Sequence record: NC_100372.1
DNA: 64,000 nt
Reading direction: 5' to 3' (one strand)
Source of the DNA: a phage
Made by a program: the position numbers and the translations under genes. The stretch's first letter is position 1; every line of letters starts with the position of its first letter. Below are positions 9,596 to 19,598 of the stretch, piece by piece. The notes beneath the pieces are model-generated. The model had not been told where the DNA came from. It saw only the letters and a list, made by a program, of their open reading frames with translations, and searched no databases.

Positions 9596-10312
9596 TTAGT
9601 TAACATCAATAGCACGACCAGACTGGTTGGCAATAGCCTCATCATTAGAGGTAGCAATAACACCAGAATATTCGCGCTCATCTGGAGCAAGCGTCCAGGT
9701 ATTGCGGTTAATGGTTTGTTCTGCATCAGTCATCAGCAGATCTTTATCCTGAGTCAACAGAGAACCTACAGGGATCGGGTTTTCCATCTCAGGACCAGCA
9801 TACTGGTTCCACCACGTAGCATCTCCAGTTCTAGGCAATCTGAAGTTGATCAGGTAGTACAGTTTATTAGCCCACTTAATCCAACCTTCATCATCACAAA
9901 GAGAGGTTGCCCCGTCATCAGGCTGTGGGTAGGTAAACTGATCAAGACCTACGAAAGCCAGCCTTACAATCTCGTTCTCCTTGGTAACAACCTCAAAGAA
10001 CGCTTGGTATGTTCTAGATCTTCGATCCATAGTAGACTGGAAGTTTATGATGTTTAGCACATCTGGCTCTTGTCTTGCCACTTCCATAATCTTGTTATCA
10101 AGAACAGTCTTCATGACCTTCTTACTGAGAAAGTCCATATAAGGGAAGCCAAACAACTCATCAAAGTACCAGCTCCCCTTCCATGTATTAAACCTCATCC
10201 ACAGGCGCTGGCGCAGACTTACTTGGTTTGAATCTATCAACTCAAGACCTTTGTCTATCGCCAAATCACCTGTCTGTGGGTCCATCAATATATCACTATA
10301 AAGCGTAGCCAT
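9596..10312 (-). CDS. baseplate wedge protein with gp25/GpW-like N-terminal domain
   Basis: 238 aa; N-terminus LYSDILMDP...NTWKGSWYFDELFGFPY resembles the T4 gp25 LYSDI / GSRPFDPEFG motifs. Confidence 0.45.
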   Translation of the reverse strand: MATLYSDILMDPQTGDLAIDKGLELIDSNQVSLRQRLWMRFNTWKGSWYFDELFGFPYMDFLSKKVMKTVLDNKIMEVARQEPDVLNIINFQSTMDRRSRTYQAFFEVVTKENEIVRLAFVGLDQFTYPQPDDGATSLCDDEGWIKWANKLYYLINFRLPRTGDATWWNQYAGPEMENPIPVGSLLTQDKDLLMTDAEQTINRNTWTLAPDEREYSGVIATSNDEAIANQSGRAIDVN

Positions 10313-10324
10313 TCAAGCCCTCTA

Positions 10325-11002
10325 TTAGTGCGGTCCACTTGTCTCGCCATCAGGGCAAGAGTGGGTATGACCTTTATATTCTGCATAGAATGAGTCCAAA
10401 TCCACACCAGCAGCCGTTATAATTCTACCTGATGGATCTATTGTGGCACCATTCATTCTGATATTTCCATCCACAGCAGCTCGTAAATTGGCAGCCCCGT
10501 TGGTGAAAGAAAACTCCCCGCTACTGTCGCACCGTAATGTCCCACCAGGTGTTTGAAGCTCAAAATCACCAGAAGGTGTTAGCTTAAAATAAACCCTATC
10601 ATTCCATAACTCTACATTATCAGGATCGATCTGCAAAGCATTCGAATCTGAATGAACAGAGGTTATTGCCCACCCTGGAAATAGGCCGTGAGTTTGTTGA
10701 TCATCGTTATTGTTTTCATTTCTCTCTGAAAACTGCAACCCTACAACATCCCCAGCCTTAATTGGTAGTGTTAACCTTGCCTTCCCACTGTTTGCAGACA
10801 TCACCTGGATTGGAACATCATAGATAAGAGGGTATCTCTCAACATCTCCGTCATCAAACGTGGTTTCAGCTATCGGCTGCACGGCTGCAGAAGGGATACT
10901 GTAATCTACACTGACAACTCTGGCCCTGATACTGGTGTGGTAGTCCCTCATTATTTTTTCTATAAAGGATCTTACAGCAGCATCTTTCCTATTTATTGCC
11001 AT
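10325..11002 (-). CDS. putative baseplate spike (gpV/gp5-like)
   Basis: 225 aa; C-terminal GHTHSCPDG His/Cys tip-like motif; position in baseplate cluster. Confidence 0.35.
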   Translation of the reverse strand: MAINRKDAAVRSFIEKIMRDYHTSIRARVVSVDYSIPSAAVQPIAETTFDDGDVERYPLIYDVPIQVMSANSGKARLTLPIKAGDVVGLQFSERNENNNDDQQTHGLFPGWAITSVHSDSNALQIDPDNVELWNDRVYFKLTPSGDFELQTPGGTLRCDSSGEFSFTNGAANLRAAVDGNIRMNGATIDPSGRIITAAGVDLDSFYAEYKGHTHSCPDGETSGPH

Positions 11003-12000
11003 TATACCTCCTCAGTTTTGTCAACAACTCCACCTATTGTTTCCCCAAGGCCAAGCTCTGTAGTGTAATCACCGCCTTCTATGGTGCCCTTATGATGGAC
11101 TGTGATCACCTTATAGAAGCCTGTGTATTGCCTGCTTTTAAGATAAATGGTGGACTCTGGGAGGATAGCCCCATTAAGACATGTGGTTACAGTAAGACCA
11201 ACATCCTCTCTCGGGTTTTTCTTTTTCTTACTTGTGCCACCTTTCGCAGCAGCTTTAGCTTTTCGTTTTTTAGCAGGTTCTGGGTTTTTAGGTGTGGGTG
11301 ATCCGTGCATCCCAGACTCTGCACTTATTTCAAATACAGAGTCCTTGAACCTTTTTCCAACCTTGGTCCAATATAGAGCACCGTCCTGAACGCTGAATGT
11401 TGAGTTTGTCAGCCTTGCAAACCTGCGGAGGTTCTCTGCAGTGTTCCCAGAGAAAGCCATAGAGTATTGTAAAGTCTGGTTTCCAAAACCAACAACCCTA
11501 CCTTTTGGCAAGTTCATATCCTTCAGCAGGTCATTAAGCACAGAGTTCAGAGGTGTGCCCTTCTGATAAGATCTTGTGCTTTGGCACTTAATGATGTTCT
11601 CAGTGCCATCCCCAAAGATGAACTTAGTTTTTCTGGTCGGACCTTCCCATCTGTCCTCAACAAACTCTACAGTTCCGGAGAATATCAACTGGTTCTCATT
11701 ATCATAGCCAGCCTCAAACATAACTGCAAGAGCATCAGCTTGATGCATATCTAGATAGTTAACTGTATCGTCAGACAGGTTGTAAACTGTCACATAGCCT
11801 TTGTTTGGCTCTTTGGTATTGTCCTTTTGTATGTCAAACTCTATATTGGCAGCACCAGTGTCCGAGCTAATCTCATAAACTCCGGAATCACTCTCTCCTT
11901 TCTTTTCAACAGATTTTGGGATATTGGTTTTTGATTTACCGCCATGCTCTACAGGACGACCAAATAATAATCGCCATGTTCTACGTCTGTACTCTGCCAT
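11002..12000 (-). CDS. hypothetical baseplate/tail protein
   Basis: 332-aa ORF with Lys-rich tract (KKRKAKAAAKGGTSKKKK); start overlaps upstream stop. Confidence 0.3.
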   Translation of the reverse strand: MAEYRRRTWRLLFGRPVEHGGKSKTNIPKSVEKKGESDSGVYEISSDTGAANIEFDIQKDNTKEPNKGYVTVYNLSDDTVNYLDMHQADALAVMFEAGYDNENQLIFSGTVEFVEDRWEGPTRKTKFIFGDGTENIIKCQSTRSYQKGTPLNSVLNDLLKDMNLPKGRVVGFGNQTLQYSMAFSGNTAENLRRFARLTNSTFSVQDGALYWTKVGKRFKDSVFEISAESGMHGSPTPKNPEPAKKRKAKAAAKGGTSKKKKNPREDVGLTVTTCLNGAILPESTIYLKSRQYTGFYKVITVHHKGTIEGGDYTTELGLGETIGGVVDKTEEV

Positions 12001-12380
12001 TATTCTAACCCTTGCTGTTCCTTGTAAAGATCAACTGGGGTGCCGTATACAAGCTGTAACTCGGATCTTGCTCCAAGGTTGTATCTTCCAACCCTGCCCC
12101 AATATTGATCATCTTTAAACGACAGCGCCATCAATCTACCTTTCGGTAAATCGTCTCTGTAATGCAGTCCGTCTAAGATATCTTGACAAGCTGTTACTTT
12201 TCTGGTTACTAAAGGGCTGTCACCTACCGGACCAAGGGATAACCACCAAGACTCATCCCTCTCATTCCATTGCATACGCATTTCATACGTTTCATTGTCT
12301 AAAACAACACGCATGGTTTGATCAGGAAAGCCGTCAATGTCCCACACAAAGGTGATTATGCACCAATCTTTAAGCTCCAT
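12000..12380 (-). CDS. hypothetical tail protein
   Basis: 126-aa ORF within the tail operon, overlapping neighbours. Confidence 0.3.
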   Translation of the reverse strand: MELKDWCIITFVWDIDGFPDQTMRVVLDNETYEMRMQWNERDESWWLSLGPVGDSPLVTRKVTACQDILDGLHYRDDLPKGRLMALSFKDDQYWGRVGRYNLGARSELQLVYGTPVDLYKEQQGLE

Positions 12381-12391
12381 TGCACGCCCCC

Positions 12392-13303
12392 TTATTTTCC
12401 GTTCACTTTGTTGTAGTTTCCCTGCTCAGATGGGACTATGGTAGAAGGTCTTCCATATTCCTGATAATACCAATCCGCAGCAGATTGAGTAACACCGTTT
12501 TCATCCGTCCACATCATAGATTTGTATGGCTGCCACTCTTCTGCGGCATTTGTGGATGCAGTGTCTGCAAATGCCCCTGTATCCCTCTTGTTACCTACGT
12601 TACTGCCATTCTTACAGTCGTTGACAGCACCTTTTTGCTGGGTCTTGCCTACTTTCTTAGGGTTGCTGTACACAGTTGCATTAACAACCTTGTTCAAGTA
12701 GAATGTGCGGAACTCTGTAAGTTCTACATCAAACACCATCGCAGCACCTTCACCAACAGACTTGTTGGCAGAAAGGCTGGTTATGATGTAGTTCTCAAGG
12801 AGTCTTTCCTCGGTAACCAAAGAAACCAACTGGCGCTTATTAATGATCTCAGTCAAAGCCTCCAGTGCAGCGCCTGGTCGCATAGATGCTGCAGGATTTT
12901 TAGAGTCAGTATTCCTGTCAATGTAGTTTTGCTCATAGATTATATGTGGTGATGTATTTACCCTACCAGTAAAAGAAAATACACCATCTTTAATTACAGC
13001 GTGGTCTGACAGGGTAGATTTATCTTCCACCGCAAACCCAGTTTTATCAACAGAATGTTTGAAAGAGTAGTTCTCAACCTGATCGAAGATAATGGCAAGA
13101 TCGTTAGTAAAGTTTTTACCCTTCATCTCCGTATTGCGACCGCCATAGTTAAGACCGCTGACAAACATAGTGTACTTTACATCGCTTTCAGTTTGCTGCT
13201 CTGCCTTTTCAGCCTTTGGAGATTTAACCTCTTGAGGCTTGTACAGGTCTTTTTCATCAACTATATTGCTTGGCATAACCTCTCCAGGACACTCCGATAC
13301 CAT
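12392..13303 (-). CDS. hypothetical tail/baseplate protein
   Basis: 303-aa ORF immediately downstream of the tape measure gene and its terminator. Confidence 0.3.
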   Translation of the reverse strand: MVSECPGEVMPSNIVDEKDLYKPQEVKSPKAEKAEQQTESDVKYTMFVSGLNYGGRNTEMKGKNFTNDLAIIFDQVENYSFKHSVDKTGFAVEDKSTLSDHAVIKDGVFSFTGRVNTSPHIIYEQNYIDRNTDSKNPAASMRPGAALEALTEIINKRQLVSLVTEERLLENYIITSLSANKSVGEGAAMVFDVELTEFRTFYLNKVVNATVYSNPKKVGKTQQKGAVNDCKNGSNVGNKRDTGAFADTASTNAAEEWQPYKSMMWTDENGVTQSAADWYYQEYGRPSTIVPSEQGNYNKVNGK

Positions 13304-13353
13304 CTAGATATTGTATCATAAAATAGCCGTTTTTACAACACCGATAAAATAAA

Positions 13354-13369
13354 GGGGGCCGGAGCCCCC
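13354..13369 (-). terminator. rho-independent terminator after tape measure gene
   Basis: Minus strand reads GGGGGC-TCCG-GCCCCC followed by TTTATTTT, just after the stop at 13383. Confidence 0.5.
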
Positions 13370-13382
13370 TATGTGCCGTTTA

Positions 13383-15719
13383 TTACCAAAGATCTGTTGA
13401 CATAAAGTTAATATCTTTGTTGTTCTCCCACTCAAGTTTTGCATCAATTATTTTGTTAAACTCGCCCTCATTTATTGAAATAGTGATTTTCCCATCACTG
13501 ATCTCTAAAGGTAGCATTTCCATAGTTCTTAATTGAGAAGCAAAACCAGGGCCACCTGGCAACGGAAGAGTACCGCCAGGTAAGGTGTCCAAAGGATCAA
13601 CAAACCCGTTACCTCCGGATATAATATCTTTGCGAATCATATCGCTGATAGTATCCAGTTGCTGATTTCTTTCACTCAGCGGGTTGAAACGGTCATTAAA
13701 TAACTCTCCGGCACTTAATATTGTGCCGATAATGCCCAGCTTGCCAAGTATGCCAACTTTACCACCAGGTGTCTTGAGGCCACCTCCACCTTTTCCTGCT
13801 GCGCCTCCACCACCAGATCCTTCTGCAGTGGCTGCACCTGCTGCTCCAGCTGCACCTCTTAGAGAACTAAGGAATTTAAAGGTTTTTACAAGCATGGATG
13901 CCATGACAAAACCTTTTGTCAGGGCGTTGACGACCAGCATGATGGCAGCAGCAAACCCTGCCCATTTAGCATAGCTAAAGGTGTCATGAAGCTCTTCAGA
14001 ATATTCCTTCGTCTTAGCTGTTATGAATCCCCATTTAATCCCCCATTCAAGGAAAAACATGCGGATCTTGACTATAGTGTTGTTCAGTTCACCAACTACC
14101 CAGTTAAGACCTCTCACAAACCCGCTAACAAAATCACCAGAGGCATCCCACACAAATTGCAAAGTCTCACCAGTGCGGATCAGTGTATAATAGAACTCTG
14201 TTAGTTCGTCAGCCCAACGGGTGAACAGTTTCTGACGGGACAGTTCGATGAAGGTTTTCAGTCTGTTTTCTGCCAGCACGTTAGACTTCTGCATTCTCTC
14301 ATAACCAGCTGCAGATGCCTCGTTCATGTACTTAGCCACATACTTCATGATCTTGGCTGTTTTAACCTCACCTTTCTTCATCATGTCCATGAACTGATCC
14401 ATGGAGAGTTCAGAAAGACCAAAAGCCTCTTTGGTGGCCTTGATGAAAGGTTCATATGCCCCAGGTAACGCCTCAGCAAGCTGTTGCTTAAGTTCTTCTG
14501 ACATTACCTGTCCTTTACCAAGCATTTGCTGGATTGCCATAATACCGCGCTGGTATTTTACCTCATCAGCACCATAAGCAGCAGCATATTGAGAGTATGC
14601 AGAGAATAGCTCATGTACCTCTTGGTTTGTCATCTGATTTTTGGCGTTCACCGCCATCTGAGAATAACCCTGAAGACCAGATTTGAGATCAAAACCAAGA
14701 CGCATAGCCTCCTGCTGGACAAACGCAACTTCACTGTTGGCTTTGTTTGGATCTCCAGTAACAGCAGTAAGAGCAGCACTTGCCCCCTCCATCATGTGAC
14801 CGGATCTGTTCACCGCAGCAAATCCAGAAAAAGCTGTATACGCAGCTGTTGCATTAATAACAGATCTACGTAAGTCTCTCAAGGCATCGCCTAGTGTAAG
14901 CGTTTGGCTGGTGGCGCTTTTAAACCCAGACTGCAGAGCTGACAGGTGGGCGTTAAAGGTTGACTTTTTCATCTCTCCGCGAGCAAACCTGGACTCTAAC
15001 TCGGAGTATCCTGGCAAGCTTCCACGGAATCCGGCTCCATACTTGGCAGAAAGTCTTATCGCAGAGTTGTATAGGTGGGTTCTCCTTGCCTCACGATCCG
15101 ACATAAGCCTATTATCCATACCAGCTTTACTGTCCCTTCTTAGCTGCCTATGGTAACGGTTCATAGCCGCTGTCTGAGCTTTCACAAGATTAGGGTCGGA
15201 AGCCACACCACCCATGTTAGGGTTACCGGGGATATATTTGAAAGATTTGGCATTAGCCAAAACTCTTGCCTTAGGTGCCTTATACCCGCCGTAAGACACT
15301 GGTGCAGATTTGGCAGCCTTTTTGGCCTCTTTAGCTTGCTGCTGGTAGAACTTACGCATCCTTGCCATTTCTGGATTTTTAGCAGTAAGATTACCTACAG
15401 CTTGTTTACGTCTCGCGTTCTCCCTACGTTCTATTGCAGCCCTTACTGCAGCCTCTTTCTTGGCTTGTGCTACGCTCTCCCTGTGCAGTTTAGCATTTGC
15501 CTGAGATTGCTGCCTGGCAACCCGCTGCATTGTTTGCTGGGTTTTAACAGCCACTGCCTGCCATCTACTCATTGGGTTGGCTGAGTTAAAATCCTCGCCC
15601 AGTTTCCTGAACTCCCTCCCAATACTGCGAATTTTCTCTACAGCTTTTTTGTAGGAGGAGTTCTCTATCTCAAAGCCAATCTTGTTGACTGTTGTGGCAA
15701 CTATTTTGTTTGTAGCCAT
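13383..15719 (-). CDS. tail tape measure protein
   Basis: 778 aa, Ala/Gln/Lys-rich helical sequence with internal Gly-rich tract (AAGAAGAATAEGSGGGGAAGKGGGGLKTPGG); follows putative tail chaperone genes. Confidence 0.7.
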   Translation of the reverse strand: MATNKIVATTVNKIGFEIENSSYKKAVEKIRSIGREFRKLGEDFNSANPMSRWQAVAVKTQQTMQRVARQQSQANAKLHRESVAQAKKEAAVRAAIERRENARRKQAVGNLTAKNPEMARMRKFYQQQAKEAKKAAKSAPVSYGGYKAPKARVLANAKSFKYIPGNPNMGGVASDPNLVKAQTAAMNRYHRQLRRDSKAGMDNRLMSDREARRTHLYNSAIRLSAKYGAGFRGSLPGYSELESRFARGEMKKSTFNAHLSALQSGFKSATSQTLTLGDALRDLRRSVINATAAYTAFSGFAAVNRSGHMMEGASAALTAVTGDPNKANSEVAFVQQEAMRLGFDLKSGLQGYSQMAVNAKNQMTNQEVHELFSAYSQYAAAYGADEVKYQRGIMAIQQMLGKGQVMSEELKQQLAEALPGAYEPFIKATKEAFGLSELSMDQFMDMMKKGEVKTAKIMKYVAKYMNEASAAGYERMQKSNVLAENRLKTFIELSRQKLFTRWADELTEFYYTLIRTGETLQFVWDASGDFVSGFVRGLNWVVGELNNTIVKIRMFFLEWGIKWGFITAKTKEYSEELHDTFSYAKWAGFAAAIMLVVNALTKGFVMASMLVKTFKFLSSLRGAAGAAGAATAEGSGGGGAAGKGGGGLKTPGGKVGILGKLGIIGTILSAGELFNDRFNPLSERNQQLDTISDMIRKDIISGGNGFVDPLDTLPGGTLPLPGGPGFASQLRTMEMLPLEISDGKITISINEGEFNKIIDAKLEWENNKDINFMSTDLW

Positions 15720-15773
15720 GCTTTCCTCATAATAAAAAGGGCCAGATCCCAGAAAAGGAATCCGGCCCTTAGA

Positions 15774-16022
15774 TTATCCTCTCCTGCGCTTAGCTTTCGC
15801 AGCAGCTGCGGCAGCCTTCTGCTCCCGCTCCATTTCCCTGTTTTGGACGGTATCTAGGAATTCTTCGATATCAAGATACTCACAGAGTTTCAGGAAATAC
15901 GCCATATCTGCAAGATTTAGCGATTCAAAATTTTCCCCTTTGAAATTCTTGAGCACCCTGCACCAAAGAAAGTCGAACCAGTTAAGTGAACTGTTCTTGG
16001 CTGCCCACTCACTGGCCCTCAC
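15774..16022 (-). CDS. hypothetical small protein (possible tail assembly chaperone partner)
   Basis: 82-aa ORF between the chaperone candidate and the tape measure gene. Confidence 0.3.
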   Translation of the reverse strand: MRASEWAAKNSSLNWFDFLWCRVLKNFKGENFESLNLADMAYFLKLCEYLDIEEFLDTVQNREMEREQKAAAAAAKAKRRRG

Positions 16023-16033
16023 AACAACCTTGC

Positions 16034-16507
16034 TTATTCCTGCTCTTCCGGAGCCTGATCCAGATTGTTCACCTGCTGGATCATACCCATCTGCTGTAAC
16101 ATCTCCAGAAGGCTTCCTAAACCGTCTTGTGTGAAAAAACAGCCGTAGTTAACCTCCAGAACCTTACCTGCCAGCTTAATCATCTCCAGCAGATGCCCTG
16201 CAAACACAACATCAGGGTTAAGCTTATCCACACCATCCACGGTAATATCTTCGAACAAGATCTTAAATAACTCTTCAATAGAGTTATCATCAAGTTCTTG
16301 AAACAGGTAAGCCAGGGCTGTAGGAAGGACCTCTGCCATATTCTGACCACCTGAGAGAATAGATCCGCCGACAGCTCCTAGCGGGACAGCTACAATCTTA
16401 CCGATTTTAGGCATGTTTTTCATTGCTTTCATCGGTCCCCAGTGGGTGATCACAAAGTTGTGCCCTGCTAAATCAATCTCTGTTGTAGGTCTAAAGTTTA
16501 TAGCCAT
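16034..16507 (-). CDS. putative tail assembly chaperone
   Basis: 157-aa acidic protein located between tube-like and tape measure genes; RBS AAGGATG upstream of ATG at 16507. Confidence 0.35.
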   Translation of the reverse strand: MAINFRPTTEIDLAGHNFVITHWGPMKAMKNMPKIGKIVAVPLGAVGGSILSGGQNMAEVLPTALAYLFQELDDNSIEELFKILFEDITVDGVDKLNPDVVFAGHLLEMIKLAGKVLEVNYGCFFTQDGLGSLLEMLQQMGMIQQVNNLDQAPEEQE

Positions 16508-16550
16508 TTTATAGCATCCTTATTAGTCATGTTGTGCACCATATTTGTGT

Positions 16551-16579
16551 ATTTTACCATGATTATGGTGCATTGTCAA
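16551..16579 (-). promoter_or_regulatory. sigma70-like promoter (TTGACA-N17-TAAAAT) flanked by a 9-bp inverted repeat
   Basis: Minus strand TTGACA (16579-16574), 17-nt spacer, TAAAAT (16556-16551); inverted repeat TGCACCATA / TATGGTGCA at 16535-16543 and 16564-16572 brackets the -10. Confidence 0.45.
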
Positions 16580-16630
16580 TTTAACCTTTCAAGCAATCCA
16601 AAAGAGTTTGTCAAAACCATAAAAGCAAAA

Positions 16631-16653
16631 AGCCCCACCCGAAGGTGAGGCTT
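16631..16653 (-). terminator. rho-independent terminator after tube-like gene
   Basis: Minus strand AAGCCTCACC-TTCG-GGTGGGGCTT followed by TTTTGCTTTT, downstream of the stop at 16670. Confidence 0.5.
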
Positions 16654-16669
16654 ATACTAAAGTGTGCCC

Positions 16670-17143
16670 TTAGATAATACCTGCAAGACCTGCGAGGCCA
16701 GTGAGAGCACCAGTGATGTTGTCACGGTTGAGCCATGCATCCAGAATACCGATATCCCAGTCCAGCTGACCTACTTCGGTTCCGTAAGTGAGGTCAGGCT
16801 GTTTTTGGATCCAACCGATTGTAGCAATACCAGGACCCTGGCTACCTTCCAGTAGAACCGGGAAGAATACCAGACCAGTAATAGATGCCTGTTTCTGCCA
16901 GTCAGAAAGGTAAGCGTTCCATACAGAAGTGTTCTGCAAAGACACAGTCATAACACCAGATTGGTTACGAGACAGGGCTGCAGACATTTCGCCATCCACA
17001 CCAACATGAGGGTAGATGTTGTCTTCGTTTCTTGAAACAACAATCTTGGTGTCAGCAGCGAAGCCAGTGACACGCTGCTGCATCAGATACAGTTTGACCT
17101 TTTTAGGGTCATAAGCATAAGGAGTTAAAATTTGAGTTTCCAT
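16670..17143 (-). CDS. putative tail tube protein
   Basis: 157 aa; directly follows the sheath-like gene and is followed by terminator, chaperone candidates and tape measure. Confidence 0.4.
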   Translation of the reverse strand: METQILTPYAYDPKKVKLYLMQQRVTGFAADTKIVVSRNEDNIYPHVGVDGEMSAALSRNQSGVMTVSLQNTSVWNAYLSDWQKQASITGLVFFPVLLEGSQGPGIATIGWIQKQPDLTYGTEVGQLDWDIGILDAWLNRDNITGALTGLAGLAGII

Positions 17144-17153
17144 CTAGTCTTCC

Positions 17154-18530
17154 TTATTCAGTCATTGCAACAGCATTGGTGGATTTAGAACCAACCTTGT
17201 CCAGAAGGACGTTGATCCGGATACGAACGAAGTGCAGGGCGTTGTTATACACCAGTTCTACTTTCACACCTTCCAGAACACGAGCAGCCAACTGATTGGT
17301 TGGGATCTCTGCACGTTTAGGAACTGTGATGATCGGGTCGTAGAACACATTGTTGTCTTCGTCAAAACCTGTCAGGATCGCGCCATTCTTAATGCCAGTA
17401 TTGATCGGGTTGTTCATCAGAACAGACTTGATAACCGGAAGATCATCATCAGACATCTTCATGCTTAAACCCATATTGGAGCGACGATGCATGTACCCAA
17501 ACATGGATTCTTCAGATCTGAACTTGATCCAGTGTGCAAAACGAATAGCGTCTGCATACTGACCTGAAGCACACTTACCTTCCCAGAAAGCGCCAACACC
17601 GTTAATCATTCTGTAGAAGTTAACGTGGTTTTCCCAAATCGCCATACGTTGAGTTAAAGTCAGAGATGGTGCAATCACACCTGGCATCTGTTTTAAGTGC
17701 AAGCTGTCACCGTAGGACGGATCGTTGGATGCCATAGCACCTATGATACCACCCTCCGGGAAGTCCTTATCTGCACGAGGATCGTACATGCCAACACTGT
17801 CATATTGTGCAGCTTTCAGTTTGGTAGCGATGTTGCTATCTTTGCCAGTCACATCTTCTGCAGTAGAGTAGACGTGCAGCTTGTAGTTGGCCTGAGCCCA
17901 CTTAGCACATGCTTCAATGTCGGTGTGGTCTTCATGGCACAGGAAGTACCAATTGTCCCGCTCAGCATTGATCTTATCAACTACTGTAGAAGGTTTTTCA
18001 GAATTGGCGATATTCTTGATTGTATAGTTACCAGTATGATAACCAACAGTGCAGTCACCAGTGATGGTGATAACACCTTCAGAAGCCTCTACAGTGATAT
18101 CGTTCAAGTTATCATCTGCTTCGATTTTAGTCTTCATTGATTCTGCAATCTGAGTTGCAGCTGTCCCACCAGAGATAGGAACTATCAAAGAGGTATTGTA
18201 GCCACCTTTTGCAATAGTCATTACGACATCAGTATCAGCTGCGGCAGCAATACCTTTAAAATCTACAGTGGTTTTTTCTTTGGCCTGTCTGCCGATCATA
18301 ACATATTGTGGAGGGAATACACCACCAAAAGCTTTTGCTGCAAACTCATACGCTGCAGAGCCTTGTGCGAAACCATCTTCCACCATCTGATCCAGCTCCG
18401 CATATACGCGAGCTCGCTCAGTGAAGTTGTTGTGGATAGCGATGAACAGGGGAGTTTCGAAACCTACAGTGTCAATAGGTTGGGTTCCGAGGTTAACTGT
18501 AACATCTACCACTTTATCTAAATATGGCAT
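17154..18530 (-). CDS. major tail protein, sheath-like (tentative)
   Basis: 458 aa; N-terminal VDVTVNLGTQPIDTVGFETPLFIAI resembles the sheath N-terminal pattern as recalled; sheath-tube-chaperone-tape measure order. Confidence 0.4.
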   Translation of the reverse strand: MPYLDKVVDVTVNLGTQPIDTVGFETPLFIAIHNNFTERARVYAELDQMVEDGFAQGSAAYEFAAKAFGGVFPPQYVMIGRQAKEKTTVDFKGIAAAADTDVVMTIAKGGYNTSLIVPISGGTAATQIAESMKTKIEADDNLNDITVEASEGVITITGDCTVGYHTGNYTIKNIANSEKPSTVVDKINAERDNWYFLCHEDHTDIEACAKWAQANYKLHVYSTAEDVTGKDSNIATKLKAAQYDSVGMYDPRADKDFPEGGIIGAMASNDPSYGDSLHLKQMPGVIAPSLTLTQRMAIWENHVNFYRMINGVGAFWEGKCASGQYADAIRFAHWIKFRSEESMFGYMHRRSNMGLSMKMSDDDLPVIKSVLMNNPINTGIKNGAILTGFDEDNNVFYDPIITVPKRAEIPTNQLAARVLEGVKVELVYNNALHFVRIRINVLLDKVGSKSTNAVAMTE

Positions 18531-18602
18531 TTGTTTCCTCTTAATATCTGTGCACGGATATCAAACACGCAGTGTAATCATTACACTACACAATTATAAC
18601 GA

Positions 18603-19154
18603 TTACTGACCACTGTCTGTAACCGCTTTACCAGAATTGGGTGAAGGGAAGTGTGTGGTTATTTCAGCCTTAATTCCCTGAAGATCCTCAAAAGCCCCAA
18701 TGTCTGTCTCAACAAACCTTACGTTAAATGTCAGCATTACTGTGGCTCTATTTTCATACGTCTGCTTATTCAACGGCACCCTTTGAGGTGAAATTGTTGA
18801 ATTGTTAGAGTAGGCAAAGCACGATCCCAGAGGGAAATACTTGTCATAAAACATTGGAAGGTTTATTGCTTGCAATACTCTGCTAAGTGCAGCATATGCC
18901 CTGCCGCGATAAGCTGTTAACAGATAAGTAACAGTGTAGCTGTGGGTGACGTAAGCATTACCCTCCGCATCTTGAAACTCATTATCTTCCCAAGTGGTGG
19001 GATTGATCGCCAGGGTTTGCAAAAGTACAAACTCACCTTCCGGCTTCGGTATGGTAGAGCTTTCTGCCAGAACTACAGTTCTTCCTGTGGCAACCTTGAC
19101 AAGCTTAGCGATGGTTGTTTCAAGATCAGAAAAAACTTTTTCGAAAGCTTCCAT
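18603..19154 (-). CDS. hypothetical structural protein (head-tail joining region)
   Basis: 183-aa ORF between head genes and sheath-like gene. Confidence 0.3.
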   Translation of the reverse strand: MEAFEKVFSDLETTIAKLVKVATGRTVVLAESSTIPKPEGEFVLLQTLAINPTTWEDNEFQDAEGNAYVTHSYTVTYLLTAYRGRAYAALSRVLQAINLPMFYDKYFPLGSCFAYSNNSTISPQRVPLNKQTYENRATVMLTFNVRFVETDIGAFEDLQGIKAEITTHFPSPNSGKAVTDSGQ

Positions 19155-19579
19155 CAGTTTTCTCCTTCAGGCTCTTCTACCACAAAAAATCTATATCTTC
19201 CACCACCAGACGTGACATAAGAATCGCATTTTAAAACGGTAAACCACTTCAGGTCACCACGGATGTCAGGCAGTTGAATTTGATCAGCCATTGCATATGT
19301 TCCTTCGTCTGGACTATACAACTTGGTTGAGGAGTAAACTGTAAAAGCCTCGTACTGTCTGTCACCCTCAGGATTTATCTGGGAGGAGTAATCTTTAGCT
19401 GCTCTTCCTGTCAACGGCTGCACAACACACTCTAAGACATCAAACTCTTCATACTCAAGTTCTAACCCCTCGTTAGCAAAAGGACTGCCAACTGTTTTGT
19501 TATATACTCTGTGGCGACCTTTGAATGTTTTACGAGGTATTAGCCTGTTCTTTCCTATCAGCTTATAACCTGCTGCCAC
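19154..19579 (-). CDS. hypothetical structural protein
   Basis: 141-aa ORF; stop overlaps the downstream start. Confidence 0.3.
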   Translation of the reverse strand: MAAGYKLIGKNRLIPRKTFKGRHRVYNKTVGSPFANEGLELEYEEFDVLECVVQPLTGRAAKDYSSQINPEGDRQYEAFTVYSSTKLYSPDEGTYAMADQIQLPDIRGDLKWFTVLKCDSYVTSGGGRYRFFVVEEPEGEN

Positions 19580-19598
19580 TCAACCACCCCCTTATTTT

